A stretch of 64,000 bases of DNA, taken from NCBI RefSeq assembly GCF_009834535.1, contig NC_045697.1, positions 57,786,001 through 57,850,000 of the forward strand. Reading direction: 5' to 3'. The position numbers and the translations under genes were made by a program. Below are positions 47,918-59,703 of this stretch, piece by piece. The notes under the pieces are model-generated. The model was not told where the DNA came from, searched no databases, and worked only from the letters and a program-made list of their open reading frames with translations. This DNA comes from Camelus ferus (Eukaryota). Numbering within the stretch: position 1 is the stretch's first letter; every line of letters starts with the position of its first letter.

Positions 47918-49831
47918 CCTCTCTTCTGTCTTTCTGCCTCTAGATCAGTCTGTATCTGTATCTCTATTTTTCATTCTCTCTGGTTCCTAAGTGCTTTTTG
48001 TAACCAAGCTTTATGAAATATCTTCCTGCCTTCATTTCCTCACATCCTTCTTACTCCACAGTCTCCTACACTTTGGCATCTGAAATGGGTTTATCTATCG
48101 TTTACTAATGATCTCTTTATTAATAAATTCAATAGAATATCTTCAGTTTTCCTTCTATTTATCTGTTCTGTATCATTTGACATTATTGACATACTTCTCA
48201 TTCAGATACTACTTTCCCTCATATGATATCAGATCTTTGTTATCTCTGCCAGAACTCCATTCTCTGTGGCCATTTGGAGAGACAATAAACAAGGAAAAGG
48301 GACAATGTCTAAAATTTTAATTTGAAAACACCCCAGCAAATAGCAGTCAGGATAAATGAAGGATTCACCAAAGGAAACTGAAGACTTGCAGTCAATAAAG
48401 TAGGGAAGAAAGAGGTAGTTATGCCACTTCAGAGACCATGTGAAGAAAGTATTGGAAGAGTGAGTGATCAACTTTGTTATTGCAGTTATCAAGGTCAAAA
48501 TACTTCTAAGTATTGTTTTCACATTAAACAATTAAATAGGGGAACTGCTGACTAAAATGGAATAAATTCAAGAGAATGGGAGGAGGAAAGGTAGAGATGG
48601 TACGTAATATATTAGAGCAAAACAACTCCAGACAACAGTGCAACTGAAGCCTTGGGAACCATGTGTAAAATGGAAAATTTTCTTGTTTTTCATAGTAGAT
48701 AGTTTGTGAGCTTATGAAAATGACTCTCTGTGGAGGCAAAATTTAGGACTGGAGTGACATGAAGTTTTCAAATGTGCTAAAAAAAAAAAAAAAGACTGGA
48801 ATGTCATAAACAGTGGATATACTTACCTAAAATAGTAACAAAAGTGTCAGATACGTATAAATGCTTTTCATAAGAGAAAGCCCTAACAGTTTCGAAGGCA
48901 ACCCTCAAAAAGTAAACCCTAAGGTTTTTACCACAGAGAACTCAAAAAAACTCATTATATAAAACTTACCATTAGTATTTCTTCAAGATGGAGATCACAG
49001 ATATCAAATGACCTTTTAGTAGAAAAATAACCAAATTTTACTGGAGCTCCCCCTGTTGTTGCAAATCTGTGAAAGTAGAAAGTAAGGAACAAGGACTTTA
49101 AAACCACAATGAAAAGAGGAGAGTAGTCTGGAAGACACAGATAAAGCATGGAGAGGGTAGAGGAGATAGAGAAAGAAAGCCTATGGAAAAAAAGTCAACA
49201 GTAAATGCCAGAACACTAAACAGGCTCACAGCTTGGTTGGTCATTAACACCAGCTATAAGACTGAGAATTGAAAACAAGGACTAGATAGGACAGAGTGGA
49301 AGTAAAATTGCTTCTGGGAGAGAATCTGATAAATACATAGGGAGGGGTGTTCTTGGGATATGGTCGCAAAGCACAAAAGGAAAAAAAGAGAAAATTAACA
49401 ATCATGAAGAAATTACAATTTTAAAAAGACATGTTCTGATTGGTGGTGGTGAGAAAAGAGGATTATCATAAGTTTACTACCTTGTCAGAAGAGGGCACTC
49501 CTGAGCTCACCATCTAGTACACAAAATGCTTGAACAGAACAAAACAAATTTCATATAAAGCTGTAACAGAAGAAAATTAGAAATGCAAATCATAATAGCT
49601 GAAAAAAAATTCAACCCCCAACTCCAAAAGAGACAGACACACAAAGGAGAAGAAAGCTGGAATTCAATACTCCAGCCTGGTTTAAATAACCTAAGCAAAC
49701 ATTTGGCAATAAAACAAATTTATATATAGTTATAATCTAGCTATAAATGCTGCTTTTACTCAGAGAGCTTTTAGCAGGTAGGACTTTTAATTTTGTATTA
49801 TACATTCATGCTAACTGGAGTTTAATTTTAG

Positions 49832-49930
49832 GAATCCTGACAGGCCTAGCATGAGGCTCGATCTTTTCAGAGTAGACTTGCATTTCCGTTAGATGGTCCG
49901 TTGAAGACCCCATAATTCTTCATTTCATGG
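49832..49930 (+). pseudogene. Pseudo-exon, FERM F1-like start
   Basis: Branch ctaac and ttttag acceptor, 99 bp. ILTGLA*GSIF..SVRWSVEDPIILHFM(G). Confidence 0.4.
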
Positions 49931-50275
49931 GTGTGTCCTGACTACACAGCTAATAGACAGTCAAATCCCATACCCATTTCCATAATATCTTTAGTCAAAA
50001 TTCCTTGGTATAGCACTTTTTTTCTTTCTGACCTAGAAAAGATGTATAGATATTTTACATAGACCCCTATCCAGTTAAAGTCGATTTACAGTATTTTATG
50101 AAAATGCATGTGACAAGTAAATTCTGTGTATGTATATGATAAAAAGAAAGTATTAAGGTTTTTGCTACATGAAGCAATTTTAGTTGAAAAAAAGCAGTGA
50201 GTAAAAATATCATTTTACATACATTTTAATTGTTTAAGTGTTACATGGTCATTCTCTCTATGCTATACATTTCAG

Positions 50276-50425
50276 GTGTACTGGATCAGTATCAGATGTT
50301 TCGATTGTTTCATATAAACTGAGAAGAAAAATTACGACACTAGCGAAGCTAATAGATACAATATTCATGAAGCCCTGCTCCTTCTCAAGGATCAAGTGCT
50401 GCTTTTGTGTCATAATTTTACTCAG
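50276..50425 (+). pseudogene. Pseudo-exon, FERM F1-like
   Basis: Acceptor atttcag, donor CAG|gtaggt, 150 bp. (G)VLDQYQMFRLFHI(fs)TEKKNYDTSEANRYNIHEALLLLKDQVLLLCHNF. Confidence 0.5.
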
Positions 50426-50595
50426 GTAGGTTTGTCATGAAAATGGTCAAATGATGCCCCCATTAAGATTTTATAGATGAAAATTACTTGTTCTCTTTGA
50501 ACTAGAGTAATAGTTTGTGTGAGACTTGCTAGCATGTTTCAATAATATTTAAGATGACAGTTTCACAAGAAACAAAGTTTCTTGTTTTTTGAAAG

Positions 50596-50775
50596 CTTTT
50601 GATTCCAGGAAGAACAAATGTGTGAACCAGCTTTCTCTAGACCTTATCAGTCTAGGGTACAAACAAGGTTACAATAATCTTAATGCACAAGTGAAGGCGT
50701 ATTAATAGAGTTCTGTCAGCGCTAACAATGAAAAATAAGTCCTCTTGCTGCTGAGCTTATTTCCCTAAATAAGAG
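50596..50775 (+). pseudogene. Pseudo-exon, FERM F2-like
   Basis: 180 bp, phase 1-1. FDSRKNKCVNQLSLDLISLGYKQGYNNLNAQVKAY**SSVSANNEK*VLLLLSLFP*IR(G), like LYxQVKxxxLxGxxxxxxExAxxLAALxxQIxxG. Confidence 0.45.
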
Positions 50776-51644
50776 GTACACCCAGAAGGTCAAAACTGAA
50801 GAGATACAGTATTCTTGAAGCAAGCTGTTACTAGATTGAAGTGAATTGAAGATTTCACAGAAAATACCCTACAAACTTCAGTTAAAATTATAGGTGAAGC
50901 TTAAAGGATGTGAGTCAGGACAGAGGTGACCAATCAAGATAGGCACCAGCAGACACAAGAAGAGAATCCTGGGTCTCCTTTTTATGTCAGATCCAAATAT
51001 TTCACTTGGTGTAGGTATATGTGATTGCAAACACTTAGAACTATCTCCGGAACGATGTATAAAAAACAGGTGTATGGTTGCTTCTAAGAGAAGGAGGTGG
51101 CTGGAAAACAGGATTTGAAAAGAATATCACATTTTACTTTGGGGATTTTTAAGGATATTCATATATATTACCTATTAAAAAACAAACAGCTTTAAAATGA
51201 AATAAAGCAAAATATCTGATCCTTTGAAAATTAATGTAGAACAGGGTCTTCTCCACTTTGCAAACAAGGTATCGTCTTAAAAGTCAAAATATTTACTATC
51301 TACCCAAATTGATAGATTTCTTTACTCTGTGTTCACTGATAGATTTTAAAAATTCTAAATCTAAAATATCCTTTTCTATCAATATCCACATATATAATAT
51401 GGATGTATTATTAATTTTTTTTTAAAAAGCACCACTCCTTCCTTTTCACTCCCAGGCCCTCCTAATAGATGTTACAGCAATAGTAAAACAAATATTGCTG
51501 CTTAATTTTCACTTGATTCCACTTATGTAACCTCACACTAATTTTTACTTCATAAACTTTAACATCCACATTTCATTTTGAGACAAAAATTAGAAACTTT
51601 AAAACATACAATTAAAACGCATATTATGAAAGATGATGCTAATG

Positions 51645-51895
51645 ATATTTCAATGTGGAACCTAAAAAATAACAAAAAAGAATATATATGCAAACCAGAA
51701 ACAGACTCAGATATAGAAAACAAACTTGTAACTACTACGTATAAAGTAGATAAGGAACAAGGATATACTGTATAGCACAGGGAATTATAGCCATTATCTT
51801 GTAGTAACCTATAATGGAGTATAAACAGCAAAAATACTGAACCAGTTTGCTGTACATCTGAACTAACATAAATCAAACCATACTTCAATAAAAAA
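51645..51895 (+). mobile_element. Short L1 3' end
   Basis: actgtatagcacagggaattatagcc...tacttcaataaaaaa. Confidence 0.85.
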
Positions 51896-52026
51896 TTATG
51901 CTAAATATTTTATTCCTTTTTAAATAATGTTTCTTTTTGCACAGCATTTAACCTTATTACAGTTTAGTTGCCTTATCTGTTAAGTAGAATTGATGGATTT
52001 TATAACTCATTTTTTACTTATAATAG

Positions 52027-52218
52027 GCAATAAATTTAAATGTGAGCATAGACATACTTCTGTTTTTAGGCATCCCATTCCTGAATTCAATGTGACTACT
52101 AAAGGATATGACACACTTGAGGAAAGGCCATCTCTCAACAGTGATATTACCCATGAAAGATTACCTTTCAATATAGCTAAAAGCCAGAAATATTCTGTTG
52201 TCATCATATGCAAACCTG
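52027..52218 (+). pseudogene. Pseudo-exon, FERM F2-like end; stop-free
   Basis: 192 bp, phase 1-1, no stops (within ORF 51990..52244). NKFKCEHRHTSVFRHPIPEF...THERLPFNIAKSQKYSVVIICKP. Confidence 0.5.
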
Positions 52219-52249
52219 GTATTAGAGGGAAAAATAAAATATAGCTAGA

Positions 52250-52998
52250 GGACTAAGACAGACATTTTCCAAGATACGTATTCTGTAACACTTCCATGTG
52301 CTTGGGCATCAGCAAAAATTCAATTTGTCTCAAGTCTCACAGCATATAAAAATATCTCCTTATAATGTACTTTCCCAAATAATGCAAATATCAGACAAAC
52401 CCAAAGTGAGAGATCTGGAAAAAAAAAAAAAAAACTGGCCTTCACTCTTAAAAATTTGCATGACAGAATTTTAAAAATGCAGGACAAAAATTCTATATTA
52501 AAAAAGACCAAAGTCACATATTGATTAAGTGAAATGCATGATCTGTGACAGACTATTAGACCAGGAAAAAAGTAGATGAAATAAAGCCATAGGAGACATT
52601 TAGGAATAATTGGGCAGTATTTAGTAAGGATTCGACATTAAATAAAAGTAATAGATAATGTTAAATTTCAAGTGGGTGATAATTATAATTATAGATTTAG
52701 AATACGGATTACTACTTTTATAAAGCATATAGATAAGACAATTCAATTATAAGAGAATGTCTTTTCCTCTTATGAGATACATGGTGAAGTAATTAAGGTG
52801 AAGTATCATGATGCTTAGAAATTCATGTCTCAAATCAAGCACAAGAAAGTATGTGTGTGTCATGAAAGGTATACAATTAAGAAAGCATGATAAAAGGAGA
52901 GTGCCAAGTATAAATTTGGTAAAAGGAATACCTGTGTTCATTGCACTATTCTTTCTACTATTCTGTGGGTTTGAAAATTTTCAAAACAAAAAGTTGAA
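52250..52998 (+). mobile_element. Old L1MC/ME 3'UTR
   Basis: Ends ttcattgcactattctt...gtttgaaaattttcaaaacaaaaagtt. Confidence 0.6.
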
Positions 52999-53294
52999 GA
53001 AAAGATTTCCCAAAGAAAGTATGTGACAATAGGATACAATAAACTAGGGAAAAAATAGTCTGAGGGAAGAATCATGTGAAGATTTATGTTTTTGTGTATC
53101 TATATTTTTGCTTCTACTGATAGTTATATTCAGTAAATTTCTATGCCATTCTTTTTGAATGCACACAAGGTATCTAGAAAGTGGTACTAATGGTTGATCA
53201 TTTCAAATAAAAAGTATTAAATAAGATTTGATAGCTTTATAACGTGTTAATAATTTGTACTAAGCATTCTAGATTTCTATTTTTTAGATATATT

Positions 53295-53828
53295 TCAGCT
53301 TTGGGTGGGCCACAAGGGAGACTTCTGTGAAATGTGAAAAATGGAAGGGAAGCAAGTTATTTGAGTGCATAAAGGTGGTTGCTGATGTTTGGTGTGAAGC
53401 AGCAGCAGGCCTGCAGCGTCTCTTGACACCTGGATTCCATTTGAGCTTCTCTGGTTTGCAGGCCCAGTATGTGTTGGCTCCAGCTTCTATGGGGTATCCT
53501 CCTCACCAAGGTTGGAAAGAAGAGTAGGACAAAGGTTTCAGCCTATTCTGGTGGGATTCAAGCACATGCATGTGGATTTCACCCTACTCATGACCTTCCC
53601 TTGTGGATTGCCTGTCCTAAGAGCTTGAAGCTACAGCATTAGATTAGACAACAGTCTTGCAAAGACAGGTGCACTAGTACCCACAGTTTGATAGGTCAGT
53701 TCCCTGTGAAAAGTCTCATAACAAACAAAAGGACAAATAGGAGAGAGATAGGGAGATGGATAGTCTTAGATATAGTTTTAGATGTATATCTCTTGTTCTG
53801 GCTCTGTTGTTGAACCTTGACTGATACA
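53295..53828 (+). mobile_element. LTR33-like ERVL LTR
   Basis: gggtgggccacaagggagact...gaaccttgactgataca. Confidence 0.6.
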
Positions 53829-53889
53829 AAGCCATTTTAAAATAATAAGACAATAATTTTGTTTATATCTTTAACCTATGTTTTGAAAG

Positions 53890-54368
53890 TACATGTAACT
53901 TCGTCTGAAACATATTTTGAAATGAAATGTAAGAGGAAAGATTGCAGTACAAAATATCTACAGCAAACCCCAAGCCAGTAGAATTTGAGAGCCTAGAGCT
54001 TTAAAATTACTTTTCAAGCCTGTCCGGCTATAAGTTAAATAGTATATGAGTGTATACCCATCACTTGCAATCATCTCAACACAAATTTTTCAGACATTGG
54101 CTTCTCTACTTCTTTGTACAAAACTCGAAACAGCTTAAATAAAACAGTCAGAGGTGTTTCTTCTCATGTTAGCTTTGCTCTCTCTTTACTTGTATAACTT
54201 AAAAGCCTAGACTGTAGCTCACTGAATAAGTTGGTTAGAGGGATATATGCCATTAGAGTTTAGAAGTATTTGATGAGATCTAAAATCTTTTCTGTGATCT
54301 TCTAAATAGCTAATAAAAGAGCAGTCAGATGAGGTTCAAATGAAATACCTTACTATGCTTACCTCATA
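53890..54368 (+). pseudogene. Two pseudo-exons (53890-54153, 54206-54368), FERM-like
   Basis: First: 264 bp, phase 1-1, 3 stops, SETYFEMKCK like YGSTFFEVK. Second: ISWLEGYMPLEFRSI..EVQMKYLTMLTS with donor gtaagt. The implied intron is only 52 bp, so borders are uncertain. Confidence 0.4.
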
Positions 54369-54980
54369 GTAAGTCAAAGATAATATTTTATTTGGACATT
54401 TTATATTTTACGTATTTGGAGTAAAGGAAGATATTAAGACTTAGAAATAAGAGCAAAAGATAACATGCAAATATTATACATCCATAATAAATGACTCTCC
54501 TGTAATTTGAATACCAGAATTTTAACCCTGCCATCATGTTCACAAACCCTTTGTCTGGTAGCTGTCAAGGCTAGTGGAAATCATTTTGCTCTATCTTCTC
54601 ACATTTCTTTTTCAGCATTGACTCTAACTAATGCTGTGTAACTTCTAAAATGTGGAAGAAGAAGAAGAAAAAGGAAGTACTTACCTATTTTCAGAAAATG
54701 CTTGAGTAATTGGCTGAGGTAAATTAATAAAGTTTTAAAATAGAGTATAGTATCAGTCTGGTAAGAGTAATGCAACTTACAACAACAAATCTAGTCAAGT
54801 AAAAATAAGTATATTTCAGGTTTTGTATTAACTTTATCCCTTTTGGAAGCTAAGCTAGGTTTAGTGATCTTAAGTTTTGATTCCTAATTCATAAGGGCCA
54901 TCCTACTGCTTCCTACTTTATGGTAATTTAGATTAATTATAAAATGAGAACTACAAAACACTGATTAAGGAAATTAATTA

Positions 54981-55191
54981 CTTAAAGAAATGGAAAGATA
55001 ACCCATGTTCTTGGATTGGAAGAATCAATATTGTTAAAATAGTCATACTGCCCAAGGCATGCTACAGATTTTAATATAATCCCTATCAAATTACCCATGA
55101 CATTTTTTACAAAACTAGAACAAGTAATCCTAAAATTTATATGGAATCACAAAAGACCCAGAATCACCAAAGCAATACTGAAGAACAAGAA
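54981..55191 (+). mobile_element. Isolated internal L1 ORF2 fragment
   Basis: [26 protein letters not shown]; no 3'UTR or tail. Confidence 0.85.
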
Positions 55192-56075
55192 TAGTTTCTT
55201 CTTCCCATCTTAATAAATGGCAACTTTCCTCAACACAGGACAAAAACAATGGGTGGAGGTATTCTTGACTCCTGTTTTCTTTTACATTTAACGTCCAATC
55301 TTACAGCAATTCCACTTGATTCAATCTTGAAAAAGATATTTACAATCCCACTAGTTTTTGTCAATTGGAAAAATACTACCTTAGTCCTAACCATCATCAT
55401 TTATAACTTGAATTTTTGTATTTCTGTACTTGCCTCTCTACTACAATTTATTCTCAAATTTTAAATTAATTAATCTTGATTGTGTATTAAGTTAAATCGA
55501 GCTCAAAACAATAGCTTTTCTTTTCACTTAGAGTAGAAATAAAAATTTTTACTAGGGCATTTAAGATCTAGCTGGCTTGGTTCCCTCCTGTAGTTGTAAT
55601 TACTCCCCTATTATCCCTGTTGCCCCGTAACTTGACATGACCACAAAGCCCTCCCTGAAATTCAAGAACAGGCTATTTCCATCTAACAGCCTTTGTAATT
55701 TTCTCTTAGCTGCAAATAATCTTCTTCCACATATATGTTTGCTTCCTCACTTAATCCAGTTTTCTGTTCAAATATCACTTTGGCATCCCTCCATACATAG
55801 CCTTGCAACCCCTCTTCCAAGATTCTTAATCCTGTTTCCTTGCTCTTCTACATAGCAATTATCTTGTTATGATCTCATATACTATATTTTTTTACATCTT
55901 TTTCATCTTTTTTTTTTGCCTACTAAAATATAGTCTTTCCAGAAAAAGAGAAAAATACCATATGATATCACTCATATGTGGAGATGAATCTTCAGTAGTT
56001 TCAGTCACTACTGAATCCTCAGTGCCTTAAAAATACCTGGAATATATTTAATATTCTGTAAATATTTTTAAAATA
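55192..56075 (+). mobile_element. L2 3' region
   Basis: tcttcccatcttaataaatggca...tgaatcctcagtgcc. Confidence 0.65.
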
Positions 56076-56449
56076 AACTATTAAAATACTCCTGTACAAA
56101 ATAAAGAGAGCACAATCTTTGGGAAGATTTCTGCTGTAGAAGTTAGAAATTTTGTGTTAGAATCCTTGCTCTGTCATCTGATATTAAATCCCTGTTTCCT
56201 TATCTGAAAAAAATGAAAAATTGATTGTTACTGTATGTTAACTACATATTTTTGATAATCAACTGATGAAATGGGCTAAAAATTGCAAATAATTTGAAAA
56301 AATATACATGTAAATGTAAGCTATTTTTTCTAAAAGACAGGCACACATCACTTACTTTCCTTAGAAATTTGTTAGGAGAACATTGCTCATGCTTAAATTT
56401 CTTTCACCCTCCCAAGGAAAGAGGTTGGTTCACTAAATAAAAGATGCGA

Positions 56450-58138
56450 TCTAGAAATCAAATCCAAAGTAACAAAAGAAAGAAAAATATAGAAGCACTC
56501 AATGACATTAAAAACAGAAAATTAACAGAGAAAAATCCACAAAATAAAAAGATGATTCTTCAAAAAGATCAGTCAAATCAACAAGCTGCTAGCAAGGCAA
56601 ATTAATAAAAAAGAGGGAAGATACAAATTACTAATATCAGAAATGAAAGAGGGGACATCATTACAAATTTTATGAACATTAAAAGGACAATAAAGTAATT
56701 GTATAAACAACTCAGCACACAAATTTGATAAATTAGATGAAATTAATCACAAAATCCACATAAAAAGTAACAATCTGAAAAAGTCTGTATCAATTAAATA
56801 CACTGATCAGTAATTAATAACCTTACAAAACAGAAATCACCAGGCCCATGTGGACTTACCGGTGAATTCTATCAAACCTTTGAGGAAGAAATTATAGCAA
56901 TTCTGCATAATCTATCTCTTCTAGAAGGTAGAGTCAAGGAGAGTATTTTCTAACTTAAAGGAAACCATTTTCCTCATAACAAAACCAAAAACATTATAAA
57001 AAACAAAAACAAAACTACAGAACAATATCTCTCAGTTACATACATATAAAAATCCTCAAGAAAATATTAACAAAAGGATTCTAACATATATAAAAAGAAT
57101 TACATACTGCAAGGAAGCAGGATGTATACCAGGTATGCAAGCCTGGTTCAACATACAAAAATCAGTTAATATAATCCATCACATCAACAGGCTAAAGAAG
57201 ATAATCACATGATCATATCAGTAGATGCAAAAAAGCATTTCACAAAATCCAAAGCCATTCATAATAAAAACTATAAACTAGAAATAGAGGGGAACTTCCT
57301 CAATTTGGCAAAGAACATCCATAAAACTTACAGCTAATATCTTATTTAATGGTGAGACAGTAGTAACTTTTCCACTAAGATCAGGAGCAAGGCAAGGATG
57401 TCTCCTCTCACCACTCAACATTGTACTGGAAGTTCTAGCTAATACAATAACAGTAATAATAAGACGAAGAAATGTATATAAATTGATAAGGAAGAAATAA
57501 AAATGTCTTTGTAGATGATATGACTGTCTACGTAGCAAATCTGAAAGAATCAAAAAAAAGTCCTAGAACTAACAAGTGATTATAGTATGATCCTGATACA
57601 AGGTAATACATAAAAGTCAATCACTTTTCTAAAACAGCAATGAACAACCAGAATTTGAAATTAAAAACACATTACCATTTATACTAGCACACATAAAATG
57701 AAATACTTAAGTATAAATCTAAGAAAATATTTATAAGCTCTATATGAATAAAACTATAAAACTATGATAATGATATCAAAGAATTAAATACATGGGGGAT
57801 ATTCCATGTCCATGGATAGGAAGGCTCAGTATTGACAAGATATAAGTTATTCTTTACTTGATTCATAGAATCAGAGCAATTCCAATCAATATCCCAGCAA
57901 GTTATTTTATAGATATCAACAAGCTGATTCTAAAATTCATACAGAAAGGCAAAAGACATAGAACTACCAGCACAGTGTTGAATAGGAAGAACAATGTCAG
58001 AGGACTGACACTACATGATGTCAAGACTATCAATCTACTATGTGGTATTGATGAAAGTATAAAAAGATCAGTGGAACAGAATAGAGAGCCCCAAAATAGA
58101 CCCACATAATTATAGTTAACTGATCTTTGACAAAAGAG
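56450..58138 (+). mobile_element. Old L1M ORF2 fragment
   Basis: [16 protein letters not shown] and flanking ORF2 text. Confidence 0.9.
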
Positions 58139-58412
58139 CCCTAAAAATCCTCTGTGTCATCTATCCATCCTCTCTCCACCCAGGGTTTGGCAACCACTGA
58201 TATTTTTACCGACTCCATTGATTTTTTTCTTTTCCAGAATGTCACACAGTTGGAATTATACAGTATGTAACCTTTTCAGACTGGCTTCTTTCACTTAATA
58301 ACATGCATTTAAGGTTCTTTCCTGTCTTTTCATGGCTTGATAGCTCATTTCGTTTTAGCACTGAATGATATTTCTTTGTCTGAATGTACCACGGTTTATT
58401 TATTTATTCATC
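58139..58412 (-). mobile_element. L1MC-type 3'UTR fragment, opposite orientation
   Basis: ggcaaccactgat...ccagaatgtcac...tcagactggcttctttcactta. Confidence 0.8.
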
Positions 58413-58449
58413 TTTTTACTTCCTATTGCTGTGCTTTGGCATAAAGAGT

Positions 58450-59250
58450 CATTAATTTATTTATTCATGCATGCATTCAACAATCATACTGAATTCCTAT
58501 TTTATGTAAGACACAGAGGCAACTATATATATATAATGAGTAAGCAGAAATGAATTTGCTTTTAATGATTGCAGAGTACTCCCAAGTGGTATGACTTTGC
58601 TTAGAGGGTATTTAATTTATTGGGATGGGAGAAGAAAATATTAGATCTTTATTTGCATATATATTTTGATTATCTTTTAAAGGTATATTTTGTTTGTCTC
58701 AAGAGGTTAAAAAATTAGAATTCTGGTGCTTGTACAAATTATAAATATAAATGTAAATATGTACACATTCATAGATAGTGGATTCTTATTTTTTCCTCTG
58801 TGTGATCAAGCAAATTTGGTCTGATATAATGAGACAGACCTCAAACGTACAGTACACATACTTATAAATTGTGACATGTTCTATGAATGCAAGAACAGAA
58901 TTACTCCTAGAGCAAAGTGCGAGGAGTGTGGAAAAAGCATTCCCAGCAGATAAAATAACATGTGTAAAAGCTCTGAGGCAGGAACAGCTCTACATGTGGA
59001 AGGGACTGAGACACCTGGTGTAGCTGAAGCTCAGTGATCGAGGAAGAGGAAGGAACAGGAACATCTGATGAGGCTGGTGAGCTGGTAAGAGGTCAGCTGA
59101 CACACTGGCTCATAGGATAGGGTCGTGCATCTGAATTTACTGTTAAGTGCAAAAACATGCTGGCAGTTTTTTTTTTAAGCAAAGACATTTATCTGGTTTA
59201 TCTGTGTACAACATAATTCTGACTGCTCTTTATGTTATTTTTCAGGGGTA
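58450..59250 (-). mobile_element. L2 3' region with a probable hAT-Charlie insert (~58572-58822)
   Basis: attcatgcatgcattcaacaa; gcattcccagcaga..aacatgtgtaaaagctctgaggcagga. Confidence 0.6.
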
Positions 59251-59651
59251 AGTGAAAAAGCCCCAGAGTCTGGCAGACATAATGAATTTTGTTCAAATCT
59301 CATTATAAAAAATTTCCCTCAAAACATGATGTGCAATTAGATGTTATAAAACTGTGACATGGAAAAAATTTCTGGATTTGCCCTTTAAGTTTTGCCATTT
59401 AAGGCCTTTCATGTAAGCTGTGACTAATAGGTGACACTGATGACTAGTTCTTTGAACACATCTAAAGTAACTAAGTTGCCTGCAAACTTACACATTCAGA
59501 ACTTACATCTTTTCCCCCAGAAAAACAAAGCAGCAGTAGGAAAAGGAAAAGAAAGAGAAGAAAGGGGTCGGGGGAGGTGGGGGAAATAACAAGTTACAAT
59601 TGGTTAAATTTATATAAAATTTTGTGTAAGTATTTAAAGTTTGCTTCCATG

Positions 59652-59703
59652 TTTATTCTACTATAAACTGTCCCTGACATCAGACTTTATTAGTCTGTTT
59701 ATT
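59652..59703 (-). terminator. Cluster of three AATAAA polyadenylation signals
   Basis: tttatt on + at 59652-57, 59686-91 and 59698-703, just after the stop of ORF 59711..59908. Confidence 0.4.

Larger units (their letters stand above)
3328..54368 (+). pseudogene. Decayed intron-containing unconventional myosin gene (motor-converter-IQ-[MyTH4?]-FERM); candidate unitary pseudogene
   Basis: Exon-like segments with AG/GT borders occur in myosin domain order: TYIGN, VINP, GEEDF..WLTG, NSF..HMQYHINE..KEY, LNQV*DTGLREVII, IQTENIKFIIGRKLY and FERM-like segments. Several consecutive exons join in matching phase. Many stops and frameshifts. Confidence 0.65.

Noticed and set aside
52190..52225. VVIICKPG as a P-loop start
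   Set aside because: No GKS/T follows; the context fits the FERM F2 end better.
56450..58412. Twin-priming L1 inversion
   Set aside because: The junction is tail-to-tail, with no poly(A) or TSD.
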